The notes under the pieces: model-generated
Seen by the model: the letters and a program-made list of their open reading frames with translations, nothing else
Databases searched by the model: none
Told to the model about the DNA's origin: nothing
Source of the DNA: Bdellovibrionales bacterium
GTDB taxonomy: Bacteria > Pseudomonadota > Alphaproteobacteria > UBA9219
Length of the DNA stretch: 64,000 nucleotides
Direction: 5' to 3'
NCBI GenBank assembly: GCA_041662785.1
Contig: JBAZRW010000001.1
Location: forward strand, 375,768 to 439,767
Translations under genes and position numbers: made by a program
Shown here: in pieces, positions 55,507 through 64,000 of the stretch
Layout of the letters: every line of letters begins with the position of its first letter
Numbering within the stretch: the first letter of the stretch is position 1

Positions 55507-55708
55507 GGTCAATCCTTTCCACTGAAAATGACAAGGCTTATTGTACACGAGCAGCGGCGCGGGATCAAAGAAAAACAGGGGCGTTAATAGTTTCATGCTG
55601 TCTTTCGGGCGGGCTGCTAAAAGAAAAACAATGGCATCCCCTTGTTTTGTTGGAGGAGGCTGGCTATAAGCGCGACAACAAAACATGTCTTTAAAGGAGA
55701 TCGTTCCC

Positions 55709-56131
55709 ATGGCTATCCAACGCACTTTTTCGATTATCAAGCCTGACGCCACGCGCCGTAACATAACGGGCAAGGTTAACGCCATGCTAGAGGCCGCAGG
55801 TCTTCGCATCATCGCGCAGCGCCGCGTTTTATTGACCCGCGCACAGGCGGAAGGGTTTTATGCCGTTCACCGTGAGCGCCCCTTCTTCAACGATCTTTGC
55901 ACGTTTATGACCTCTGGTCCCGTCGTGTTGCAGGTTTTAGAAGGCGAAAACGCCGTCCAGAAAAACCGCGACGTGATGGGTGCGACCAACCCCGCGAATG
56001 CGGACGCTGGCACAATCCGCAAGGAACTGGCCGAAAGCATCGAAGCAAACTCAGTTCACGGGTCGGACAGCGAAGAAAATGCGGCGATTGAAATTGCCTA
56101 TTTCTTCAGCCAGACGGAAATCGTGGGCTAA
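55709..56131 (+). CDS. ndk: Nucleoside diphosphate kinase
   Basis: [14 protein letters not shown]... and NSVHGSDS active-site region. Confidence 0.95.
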   Translation: MAIQRTFSIIKPDATRRNITGKVNAMLEAAGLRIIAQRRVLLTRAQAEGFYAVHRERPFFNDLCTFMTSGPVVLQVLEGENAVQKNRDVMGATNPANADAGTIRKELAESIEANSVHGSDSEENAAIEIAYFFSQTEIVG

Positions 56132-56160
56132 AGAGGCCTGTTGTGTTAAAAAGGGGGGGT

Positions 56161-56910
56161 ATGAACAAATTTCTGCCCCCCTTTTATTGCCGCAGCAAAA
56201 ACCCGCTTTTACGGGGGTTGGCTTTTTTTGAGCATGTCCTCAAGGCCAAGCGTGGCCGCGTGCAAACGCCGTGGCAGCGCTGCCTCGCGCATTTCGAAAC
56301 CCTTTTTATCGATAATACGCTTTTCAGCTTTTTGTTTTTGAACAAGCATCGCGTGACGGAAAAGCTGTGGCGAGCGGGGCAGCCCCATCCCTTTCAGATT
56401 CGTGGTCTGGCCAAGGCGGGGATTCGCACCATTATCAATCTGCGCGGCGAGAGGGACTGCGCGTCCTATTATCTTGAAGAGCAGGCCTGCCAGCGCCATG
56501 GCATAGCGCTTGTTAATGTCACGATGGAATCAAAGCGCCCACCGACCCGCGAAAAGATCGCGGAATTGGCGCAGGTGTTTTCAACGACCACTTATCCCGC
56601 TCTTATGCACTGTAAGTCCGGCGCGGATCGAACGGGGCTGGCGGCGGCGCTTTGCCTTATGATCCATGATGGGCGGTCTGTTGAGGAAGCACAAAAACAG
56701 CTTTCCTTGCGCTATGGGCATCTGGCTTCGTCCAAAACGGGCGTTTTGGATGCGTTTTTGGCGGCGTATCAAAAAGCTGCCGCGCAAGAGGGCGTGACCT
56801 TTCTGGCTTGGGCGCAAAGCCCCGCTTATGACCGTGAGGCCATTATGGCCGTGTATAAACCCCGCCGCTTTGTCAGCTGGCTTGGCGATCTTGTTTTACG
56901 GCGGGAATAA
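56161..56910 (+). CDS. Cys-based protein tyrosine/dual-specificity phosphatase-like protein
   Basis: Contains HCKSGADRTG (the C-x5-R P-loop). ATG at 56161 follows GGGGGGG. Confidence 0.65.
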   Translation: MNKFLPPFYCRSKNPLLRGLAFFEHVLKAKRGRVQTPWQRCLAHFETLFIDNTLFSFLFLNKHRVTEKLWRAGQPHPFQIRGLAKAGIRTIINLRGERDCASYYLEEQACQRHGIALVNVTMESKRPPTREKIAELAQVFSTTTYPALMHCKSGADRTGLAAALCLMIHDGRSVEEAQKQLSLRYGHLASSKTGVLDAFLAAYQKAAAQEGVTFLAWAQSPAYDREAIMAVYKPRRFVSWLGDLVLRRE

Positions 56911-56964
56911 AAAAGGCCGCTCCTTTTCAGGAACGGCCTTTTTAAAGGAAGAAAACAAAGGCTA

Positions 56965-57363
56965 TTAGGCGGCCTTGATTTTCGAGATTTTGTTGATCGA
57001 GTCGTTAACGTGCTTGGTCACAGGCTCAGCGGCTTGTTGCGCCACGCGGCTGGAAATCTGGGACAAGTTGTTAAGGTCCGACATCATCGAGTCGAAATTG
57101 TCTTTCAACGCGGTGTTTTGCGTGCTGACCAAATCATCAACCGAGGTGATGGACGAAAGGGATTGGGTAACCTTGCTGCTTTGGTCGATATTTTTCTGAA
57201 CGAGGGCGCTAAGGCTGTCGCACAGTTCGCCGCAGCCCTTGGTCATAATCGAAACAGATTGCAAGGTGACGTTCATTGTATCCCGCACCATGGTGTTCAT
57301 GTCGCTTGCCGCTTGAAGAAGCGTGCTGGTCATCTTTTCCATTTGTTCGTTTGTGGCTTGCAT
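56965..57363 (-). CDS. Phasin-family (PHA-granule-associated) protein candidate (132 aa)
   Basis: Helical, low-complexity, Ser/Thr/Gln-rich protein of typical phasin length. ATG at 57363 follows AGGGGG. Confidence 0.55.
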   Translation of the reverse strand: MQATNEQMEKMTSTLLQAASDMNTMVRDTMNVTLQSVSIMTKGCGELCDSLSALVQKNIDQSSKVTQSLSSITSVDDLVSTQNTALKDNFDSMMSDLNNLSQISSRVAQQAAEPVTKHVNDSINKISKIKAA

Positions 57364-57592
57364 TTCTGCCCCCTGAAAGAGAAAATTTACGCACAAACAC
57401 CCCGAAGAGAAAGGCCTTGGCGCACATAATGGTATGTTGCAGTGCAACAATTTAGAGTTAATATATACGGGGTTGGGGCGTTTGTCAAGAATACTTAACA
57501 AAAAAAATTATATAAGGAAGCGGGTTGCATTTAGATCGCTTTGGACTCATTCTTGGCGTTTCAAGTTCGTGGGCAAAAAGTGATATGAATCG

Positions 57593-58933
57593 ATGAGTTT
57601 GTTAGGCATTAATCGGGGAAAGAAGCTCTTTTTCATTGGCCTTGTGGTCTTCGCGCTTTGCGTGGGGGGTGCTGGGGATGCCTTTGCTAAAAGCAAAGCT
57701 AAAACAAGGAAAAGCAAGGCAAAGGCGCGGACGCATCACGTTCTGGCGGTTGATTCTTCATCGGCGCGTTATGCCGATATAGTGATCGAAGCCTCAACGG
57801 GGAAGGTCTTGCATGAATCCAACAGTACTGCGATTCGCCGTCCTGCCTCCTTGACCAAAATGATGACGCTTTATTTAGCGTTTCAAGCCCTTGAATCGGG
57901 CGCGATCCGATTGGACACGCCCCTTCCTGTGTCGGCGCGTGCGGCGGCGCAGGCCCCCACCAAGCTTTGTTTGCGAGCGGGACAGACCATTCGCGCCTAT
58001 GACGCCATCATGGGCCTCATCACGGAATCAGCGAACGACGCGGCTGTCGTTTTGGCGGAAGGCCTTGGGGGCGACATTCCTCGTTTTGCGGCCATGATGA
58101 CGCAGCAGGCCAAGGCTCTTGGTATGAGCCAAACCGTTTTCCAAAACCCCAATGGGCTTCCTGACCCGAATCAATTCACGACGGCGCGGGATATGGCGAT
58201 GTTGGGCTATGGCCTGATCTATCATTTTCCGGGATTTTATCCTTATTTTTCAAAACAGAGCTTTGTCTATAAGGGACATACTTATAACAACCATAACCAT
58301 CTGATGGAGCGGTTTGAGGGCATGGATGGCATTAAAACCGGCTATATTCGCACGTCCGGCTTTAATCTTGTCGCCTCGGCCATGCGTGGGCAAACGCGCC
58401 TGATTGGCGTGGTTTTTGGCGGAACCAGCGCCCCGTCTCGCGATCGGCAGATGGAAGCTCTTTTAAACGATGCCTTTGGTGCGGTTTCGCGTCAGGAGTG
58501 CCGTGAGGCGCGTGCGCTTGCGCTGCCATCCAAGTCGGTTCCTGCTTTTGCCGCCTCGTCGCGTCCTCGCGTTTTGCGGACCCAGGCGGGTCGTGTTAGA
58601 ACCGTTCTGCCCGATGATTCCCCCGTTGAGTCCGCCTTGCAGAAGGGGGAAGAAGGCGAAACCCAAAAAAAACAAAGCGAAAATGATGCATGGGGCATAC
58701 AGGTCGGCGCGTATAGCGAAATTGATGGAGCCCAAAAAGCTCTGGCGCAGATGGCGTCTTCTATGGCCCCCCTTTTGGGGAAGGGCGAGCCAAGCTTGCA
58801 AAAAGTAACCATGACAGATGGCTCGGCCATGTATCGTGCGCGCTTTGTGGGTCTCGAGCAAAGCAGCGCCCGCGCCGCGTGTGCACACCTTGTGAAAAGC
58901 GGGCGTAGCTGTCTGGTGATTACGGGGCCATGA
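57593..58933 (+). CDS. D-alanyl-D-alanine carboxypeptidase (S11) with a C-terminal SPOR domain
   Basis: SxxK (PASLTKMMT), SxN (SANDAA) and KTG (IKTGYI) motifs. C-terminal WGIQVGAYS...YRARFVGL is SPOR-like. Confidence 0.85.
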   Translation: MSLLGINRGKKLFFIGLVVFALCVGGAGDAFAKSKAKTRKSKAKARTHHVLAVDSSSARYADIVIEASTGKVLHESNSTAIRRPASLTKMMTLYLAFQALESGAIRLDTPLPVSARAAAQAPTKLCLRAGQTIRAYDAIMGLITESANDAAVVLAEGLGGDIPRFAAMMTQQAKALGMSQTVFQNPNGLPDPNQFTTARDMAMLGYGLIYHFPGFYPYFSKQSFVYKGHTYNNHNHLMERFEGMDGIKTGYIRTSGFNLVASAMRGQTRLIGVVFGGTSAPSRDRQMEALLNDAFGAVSRQECREARALALPSKSVPAFAASSRPRVLRTQAGRVRTVLPDDSPVESALQKGEEGETQKKQSENDAWGIQVGAYSEIDGAQKALAQMASSMAPLLGKGEPSLQKVTMTDGSAMYRARFVGLEQSSARAACAHLVKSGRSCLVITGP

Positions 58934-58956
58934 TTTCCTGAACAGACGCTTAAGGA

Positions 58957-59478
58957 CTATTCGTCATAGGACAAGAGGCTGGAGACGGGGATGTCTATTT
59001 TTTGACGCCCGTTCAGAAAGGGCAGCTCGATAATATAAACCGCCCGTACAAGGTCGACGCCCATTTGGCGTGCCAAATGGATGGTCGCGGCAGTCGTGCC
59101 ACCTGTGGCCAGCAAATCGTCAATAATAACGCCACGTTGGCCCACCGTGATAAGCCCTTCTTGAATCTCAAGGGTGTCTGTTCCGTATTCTAGCTCATAG
59201 CTATAGGACTGCGTTTTACCTGGAAGCTTGCCTTTTTTGCGAACCATAATAAGGCCAATCCCTAAGCGCGCCGCCAAAGGTGCGGCGACCAGAAAGCCTC
59301 GTGATTCGACAGCAATAAGAAAATCAGGGACATCTTCTCGAACAATGACCTCAAGGCGGTCAATCGTTTCTTGCCAAGCGGGCCCGTGGCCCAAAAGAGT
59401 GCCAATATCATAAAACAAAATGCCTTCCTTGGGAAAGCCGGGAACAGAGCGAATGTGAGCTTTAAGATCGAGGGGCAT
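58957..59478 (-). CDS. apt: Adenine phosphoribosyltransferase
   Basis: FPKEGILFYDI plus the PRPP motif VIIDDLLATGGT. Confidence 0.9.
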   Translation of the reverse strand: MPLDLKAHIRSVPGFPKEGILFYDIGTLLGHGPAWQETIDRLEVIVREDVPDFLIAVESRGFLVAAPLAARLGIGLIMVRKKGKLPGKTQSYSYELEYGTDTLEIQEGLITVGQRGVIIDDLLATGGTTAATIHLARQMGVDLVRAVYIIELPFLNGRQKIDIPVSSLLSYDE

Positions 59479-59652
59479 AAAACACCTTTATTATAAGGAC
59501 AAAGAGCGGGCGCATGCTAACGCATTCTGGGGCATAAGCCAGAAAAATTTGTCCCTTATTAATAATATGCAAAGCATTAAGCGGATAGGGTACACTGAGA
59601 AGCCGATCCGCTTTCTGTGGCGGGAGCGCTATATCTTAAACGGGGCCCAAAA

Positions 59653-60771
59653 ATGACATCCCATTTGACCAAGGAAGACGTTCAGCGACTCTTGCAAGAA
59701 CCGTCCCCTTCCGTGCGCGCCGAAGTGGCGGGTAAATTGGCGCTGGACATCGAGAATCCTATTTTGTCGGATAATGAAACGGCGTTGGCGCAAGAAGTCG
59801 TCCGGCTTATGGCCAAAGACGTTGAAGCGTCCGTTCGCTTAGCCCTTTCACAAAATTTGCGCCATGCGGCGCGCCTGCCTCATGACATTGCCGTTCAACT
59901 GGCGAATGATATCGAGCAAGTTGCTCTTCCCATTTTACAAGAGTCAGGGGTTCTAACAGATCAAGATTTGCTTTCCATTATTGCCAAAGGCTCTGGCTCT
60001 AAACAAGAAGCGATCGCCGGTCGGGCTATCGTTTCGGCCACCGTGTCGGAGGCGATCATTACCTCGGCGGGTGAAAAGGCCGTCACAACGTTGCTGGGCA
60101 ACAGGGGCGCACAAATATCGAACGAAGGCTATGATAAGGCCATCACGCGTTTTGAATCGAATGATGTGGTCAAAGAGGCCATTTGCAGGCGTGCTACGTT
60201 GCCCGCCACTGTCGCCGAACGCTTGGCCTTTATGGTTTCGGAAAAGCTCCAAGATTATTTGGTTTCGCATCACGCGCTTTCCACATCGGTTGCCGCCGAT
60301 TTGGTTTTACAAAGCCGTGAGCGCACCATTGTTGAAATGGCCTCTGGGTCTTCTGAAGAGGAGATGGAGCGTCTGGTCACCCAAATGAACGACAATGGGC
60401 GGTTGACGCCGTCGATCATTCTGCGCGCCTTGTGCATGGGCGATGTTCTGTTTTTTGAATCCGCTTTGGCGGTAAGGGCAGGGATCCCGCTTCTGAATGC
60501 CCGAATCCTCATCCATGATGGGGGACAATTGGGAATGAAAACGCTTTATGACCGCGCCACCATGCCCCCCAATATGATGCCGGTCATTCGGGCGGCGCTG
60601 GATGTCGTTCATGAAACCGAGATGGATGGCGCGGCCCATGATATGGAGCGTTATCGGGCGCGGGTGATTGAGCGCGTCTTGACCCAGTTCGAAGATGTTG
60701 GCTCAGACGACTTCGAATATCTTTTAAACAAACTGGGCGATATTATGTCTGCCGAAAAACGCGCTGGCTAA
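59653..60771 (+). CDS. DUF2336-like HEAT/ARM-repeat protein
   Basis: Repeated ...VR..VA..LA... helical repeats, typical of the alphaproteobacterial DUF2336 family as I recall it. Confidence 0.6.
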   Translation: MTSHLTKEDVQRLLQEPSPSVRAEVAGKLALDIENPILSDNETALAQEVVRLMAKDVEASVRLALSQNLRHAARLPHDIAVQLANDIEQVALPILQESGVLTDQDLLSIIAKGSGSKQEAIAGRAIVSATVSEAIITSAGEKAVTTLLGNRGAQISNEGYDKAITRFESNDVVKEAICRRATLPATVAERLAFMVSEKLQDYLVSHHALSTSVAADLVLQSRERTIVEMASGSSEEEMERLVTQMNDNGRLTPSIILRALCMGDVLFFESALAVRAGIPLLNARILIHDGGQLGMKTLYDRATMPPNMMPVIRAALDVVHETEMDGAAHDMERYRARVIERVLTQFEDVGSDDFEYLLNKLGDIMSAEKRAG

Positions 60772-60811
60772 TACTAACGGCACTACGACGTGACTCATTA
60801 AGACGGAAAAC

Positions 60812-60900
60812 AAACGGGATTCCCGCTTGCGCGGGAATGACGGATTTGTTTTTAATATCAATCCACACGCGTCATCCCCGCGAAAGCGGGGATCCCGTTT
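60812..60900. repeat. Family-A element, 89-bp class (inverted relative to the 47715 copy)
   Basis: Arms at 60812-60841 and 60871-60900. Spacer GGATTTGTTTTTAATATCAATCCACACGC. Confidence 0.85.
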
Positions 60901-61047
60901 TCTTATTTTTTTAAAAGGATCATTTCAAAAGGCGGTTGGTATAACAGGCGTCTACCCCCAAGGGCGTGAATCCAAGATAATAAACGACCCTCCCGCAAGG
61001 GGAGGGTCGTTCTGGGTCTTTGTTAACCCGAGTTCGGAGCTGTGCGT

Positions 61048-62067
61048 CTACCCCTTCGCGGCGATGTTCAGGAAAAGCTGGCTGACAAGTGCCACGTCGG
61101 GCGTGCCGGTGCGCTTGCATACGGCCTCGGCCTCGGCGAGTTGAAAAAGGCGCGTTTCAAGACTTTCCAGTCCCCAGCGATTTAGTTGGCGCGTCATGGG
61201 ATCGACCAATTTCCAAAAAACGGGCGGGGCAAGTTTTTTAAGGGCTTCGCCTGCGCTTGCGCCATTCGCCATATGGGCGCGTGCCAGTTGCAAGCGCATC
61301 AAATGTCGTTGCATCCCGCGCAGCAGCGCGATGGGTGAGCTTTGCTCGGCCAGCAAATGATCCAGTAAGGTGGCGGCGCGTCGCGCCTCGCCGCTGGCGG
61401 CGGCCTGCACCAGATCGTCAATCTCGGCGCCGCCCGCATTCGCGATCACGGCGGTGACATCCTCAACAGACACTTTGCCAGTGCCTTGCGCATAAAGGGC
61501 AAGCTTGTCCAGCTCACTGCGCATGGCAAGGCGGTCGGGCGGTAAAAGGTCGGCCAAAAGCTGGACGACATCGCGTGGCGCGGCCAGTTTTTCGGCTTGC
61601 AGCGCGGCGGCAACGGTGTGGGCCCTCGCCGCGGCATCCTCTTGGTAGCAGGGAATTCCTGCGGCGAGAGGAGAGGTCCCCTCACACAAGGCGCGGAGTT
61701 TGGATCGTTTGTCCAAATCGCCTGCCTCGATCAGGATAACGCTGTCGACGGCGGGTGGATCTTTCAAGAACACAGCCAGCGCGGCGGCGTTGCTTTCGCT
61801 GGCGCGTTGCAAGCGGATAAGCCTACGCCCACCCCCCAGCGCCATCGACGCAGCTTCGTCATAAAGGGTGGCGCTATCGCCGCCAATCTGCCCGCCCGTC
61901 ATAAGCGAAACGGCAAAAGGATCGGCCTTGTCCTTAACAAGTTTGGCGGCAAGATTTTCGGCGCGCTCGCTAACAAGGCCCGCATCGGGGCCATAAACCA
62001 AAATCGCACGCACGTCCTTCGGGGGCGCTTGCAGAAAACCGGCGATCTGAGAAAAAGAAAGCTTCAT
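61048..62067 (-). CDS. holA: DNA polymerase III delta subunit
   Basis: 339 aa. N-terminus ...ILVYGPDAGLVSERAE. leuS-lptE-holA synteny. Confidence 0.85.
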   Translation of the reverse strand: MKLSFSQIAGFLQAPPKDVRAILVYGPDAGLVSERAENLAAKLVKDKADPFAVSLMTGGQIGGDSATLYDEAASMALGGGRRLIRLQRASESNAAALAVFLKDPPAVDSVILIEAGDLDKRSKLRALCEGTSPLAAGIPCYQEDAAARAHTVAAALQAEKLAAPRDVVQLLADLLPPDRLAMRSELDKLALYAQGTGKVSVEDVTAVIANAGGAEIDDLVQAAASGEARRAATLLDHLLAEQSSPIALLRGMQRHLMRLQLARAHMANGASAGEALKKLAPPVFWKLVDPMTRQLNRWGLESLETRLFQLAEAEAVCKRTGTPDVALVSQLFLNIAAKG

Positions 62068-62070
62068 GCT

Positions 62071-62598
62071 TTAGGGGGCTGGCTTGGTGGCAGAGGGACG
62101 TTCTCTTTCTGCATAGTAAAGGCTTAGGCGGCCCGCAATTTGCTCGCCGATTTCGTTCAGCGCCCGTTCATACGCATCGCGCTGCGTGGCCAGCGTGCCA
62201 AACTGTGCCGTAAGGCGGCTATAGCTGGCGACGCTGTGTGCCGTGCCGCTGAAAAGGTTTTTCTTGTCTTTGCCCACTAGCCTATAAGAGGCGTTCATCT
62301 CTAGCTGGCTGCGCGAGGTCGTCGCGTCCTTTTGTACGCCAAGCCCCACTTCTGTTGAGGTAAGAACGACGGTCAAAAACGCTTTGGGCGCGGCAGGACG
62401 GCCATGGAAATAAAGCCGGTCGATCAATTTATTGCGAAGGAATTGGCCGTCTTGCCCATCAATGGACTCAATAAAAACGTCACTCATGGAAGCTGTGACG
62501 GCGTGCGAGCCCGCATGATCGCCATAAATCGGGGAAAAGCCGCACGCCGAAAGCAGCAGCAGACCCATCAGAAAAGCGCGAGGGCGAAAGGTCATCAT
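62071..62598 (-). CDS. lptE: LPS-assembly lipoprotein LptE
   Basis: Lipobox LLLSAC|GF. Size and position between leuS and holA fit LptE. Confidence 0.7.
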   Translation of the reverse strand: MMTFRPRAFLMGLLLLSACGFSPIYGDHAGSHAVTASMSDVFIESIDGQDGQFLRNKLIDRLYFHGRPAAPKAFLTVVLTSTEVGLGVQKDATTSRSQLEMNASYRLVGKDKKNLFSGTAHSVASYSRLTAQFGTLATQRDAYERALNEIGEQIAGRLSLYYAERERPSATKPAP

Positions 62599-64000
62599 GC
62601 CACCACGACGCTAACGATTTTGTTTGGCACGACGATAATCTTTTTCATCGTTTTACCTTCCATGGCTCTCTTGACCCCCGCCTCCGCCAGCGCCGCTTCT
62701 TCAATGGCTTTGACGCTTGCGTCCTTGGGAATCGTGATGGTTGCACGAAGCTTGCCGTTCACCTGCACCGCGATGGTTGTGGTGTTTTCCACCAGCAAAG
62801 CGGGATCGGCTTTCGGCCATGTGCCTTGGACCAGCGGCGTGGTGTGGCCCAGTTGTTGCCACAGCTCTTCCGTGATGTGGGGCAGCATGGGGTTCAAAAG
62901 ACGTACCAGTGTTTCGATGCCCTCGCGTAGAACGGCGGCATCGCCCTCAAAAGACTCCAAAGCGTTGGCCATCTCACGCGCCCGCGCGACGGCGCGGTTG
63001 AAGTGGAAGCGCTCAATGTCGGCGGTGAAGTCCGCGATGGTGCGGTGGATCGTTTGTCGCAAGGCGAGCGTTTTGTCCGCATCGCTCTTGTCGTTTGTCG
63101 GCGCGGCTTCAGCTTTGTCCAGCAAGCGCCACAGGCGACCAATAAAGCGCCATGCGCCTTCAACGCCAGCCTCTGACCATTCAATGTCGCGTTCCGGCGG
63201 GCTGTCGGACAGCATGAAAAGCCGCGCCGTATCTGCGCCGTAAAGCTTGATGATCTTGCCCGGATCGACGACGTTCTTTTTGGATTTGCTCATGACCTCG
63301 ATGCGGCCAATCGTGACGGGGCGGCCCGTCTGCGCGTGAACGCCAGAGCCATCCGCATGACGTTTGACTTCTTCGGGGTACAGCCATGCGCCGTTTTCAT
63401 CCTTATAGGATTCGTGGCAGACCATGCCTTGCGTGAACAGGCCGGTAAAAGGCTCATCGATTTTCAAATGCCCTGTGGCTTTCATCGCGCGGGCAAAGAA
63501 GCGGGCATAGAGCAAATGCAAGATCGCGTGTTCAACGCCGCCGACATATTGATCGACGGGCAGCCAGTAATCGACATCCTTCGGATCGACGGGCTTATCC
63601 TCGCATGTTGCCGAGCAGTAACGCGCATAGTACCAGCTGGAATCCACAAAGGTGTCGCAGGTGTCGGTCTCGCGCAACGCGGGCTTGCCACATTGGGGGC
63701 ATGCGACATGCTTCCACGTTGGGTGATGGTCCAGCGGATTGCCTGCCTTGTCCAGCGTAACGTCGTCGGGCAGCGCGACGGGCAAATCTTTTTCCGGCAC
63801 AGGCACTGCGCCGCAGTGCTCGCAGTGAATGATCGGGATGGGGCAGCCCCAATAGCGTTGGCGGCTAACGCACCAATCGCGCAGGCGGTATTGTACGGTT
63901 CCTTTGCCCGCGCCCAGCCCTTCGATTTTCTTGATCGCGGCCTTAAGCGCCTCGACGGTTCCAAGTCCATCTAAAAACTGTGAGTTAAAGGCTTTGCCTT
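62595..64000 (-). CDS. leuS: Leucyl-tRNA synthetase, C-terminal part (5' end outside the window)
   Basis: The frame is open to the window edge. Contains KMSKS (VMSKSKKN), and the anticodon-binding and C-terminal domains are recognisable. Confidence 0.95.
   Translation of the reverse strand, partial: GKAFNSQFLDGLGTVEALKAAIKKIEGLGAGKGTVQYRLRDWCVSRQRYWGCPIPIIHCEHCGAVPVPEKDLPVALPDDVTLDKAGNPLDHHPTWKHVACPQCGKPALRETDTCDTFVDSSWYYARYCSATCEDKPVDPKDVDYWLPVDQYVGGVEHAILHLLYARFFARAMKATGHLKIDEPFTGLFTQGMVCHESYKDENGAWLYPEEVKRHADGSGVHAQTGRPVTIGRIEVMSKSKKNVVDPGKIIKLYGADTARLFMLSDSPPERDIEWSEAGVEGAWRFIGRLWRLLDKAEAAPTNDKSDADKTLALRQTIHRTIADFTADIERFHFNRAVARAREMANALESFEGDAAVLREGIETLVRLLNPMLPHITEELWQQLGHTTPLVQGTWPKADPALLVENTTTIAVQVNGKLRATITIPKDASVKAIEEAALAEAGVKRAMEGKTMKKIIVVPNKIVSVVVA

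Noticed and set aside
62404-63974. Plus-strand ORFs of 279 aa (62404-63243) and 212 aa (63336-63974)
   Set aside because: They are antisense to the clearly recognisable lptE and leuS and have no motifs of their own.

Overview
This window is an alphaproteobacterial chromosome segment centred on the replication-origin neighbourhood. All calls below come from reading the sequence and ORF translations only; no searches were run.

Gene order matches the conserved alphaproteobacterial origin region. On the left are rho-hemH-hemE, then a non-coding, visibly AT-richer stretch of about 380 bp (29688-30065) packed with DnaA-box-like 9-mers and one TTAA-N7-TTAA motif. On the right are aroE-coaE-dnaQ and, further on, mnmE-mnmG-rsmG-parA-parB. 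I call the intergenic stretch oriC.

The rest is mostly housekeeping:
- gyrB (3' end), pgi, an M16 peptidase pair, lspA and ileS
- ribF, holC, pepA, gatCA, ruvX, ndk, apt
- holA-lptE-leuS
- Three tRNAs, two tandem porin paralogs and a long atypical Hsp70-family protein

Three non-housekeeping layers stand out.
1. A dispersed REP/BIME- or MITE-like palindromic repeat family has a GTCAT(C/T)CCCGCGAAAGCGGG(G/A)ATCCCGTTT arm, seen as 8 inverted pairs plus 2 single arms. One single arm, together with a heptamer tract, sits in frame inside the mnmE coding sequence. A second MITE-like family (GTCATTGCGAGCG termini) has 2 copies.
2. A genomic island of about 5.7 kb (41934-47607) is integrated at tRNA-Gly(CCC). 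It is bounded by a 16/17-nt direct repeat and carries shared TGCCCCCA octamer clusters at both ends. It encodes a P4-type integrase, AlpA and a truncated PrimPol. Its cargo is a 410-aa SAMHD1-like HD-domain protein next to decayed restriction-type fragments.
3. There are several visibly AT-richer orphan segments.

My best candidate for an undescribed functional module is the island cargo, namely the HD-domain protein and the unknown 277-aa protein. This is inference from context only.
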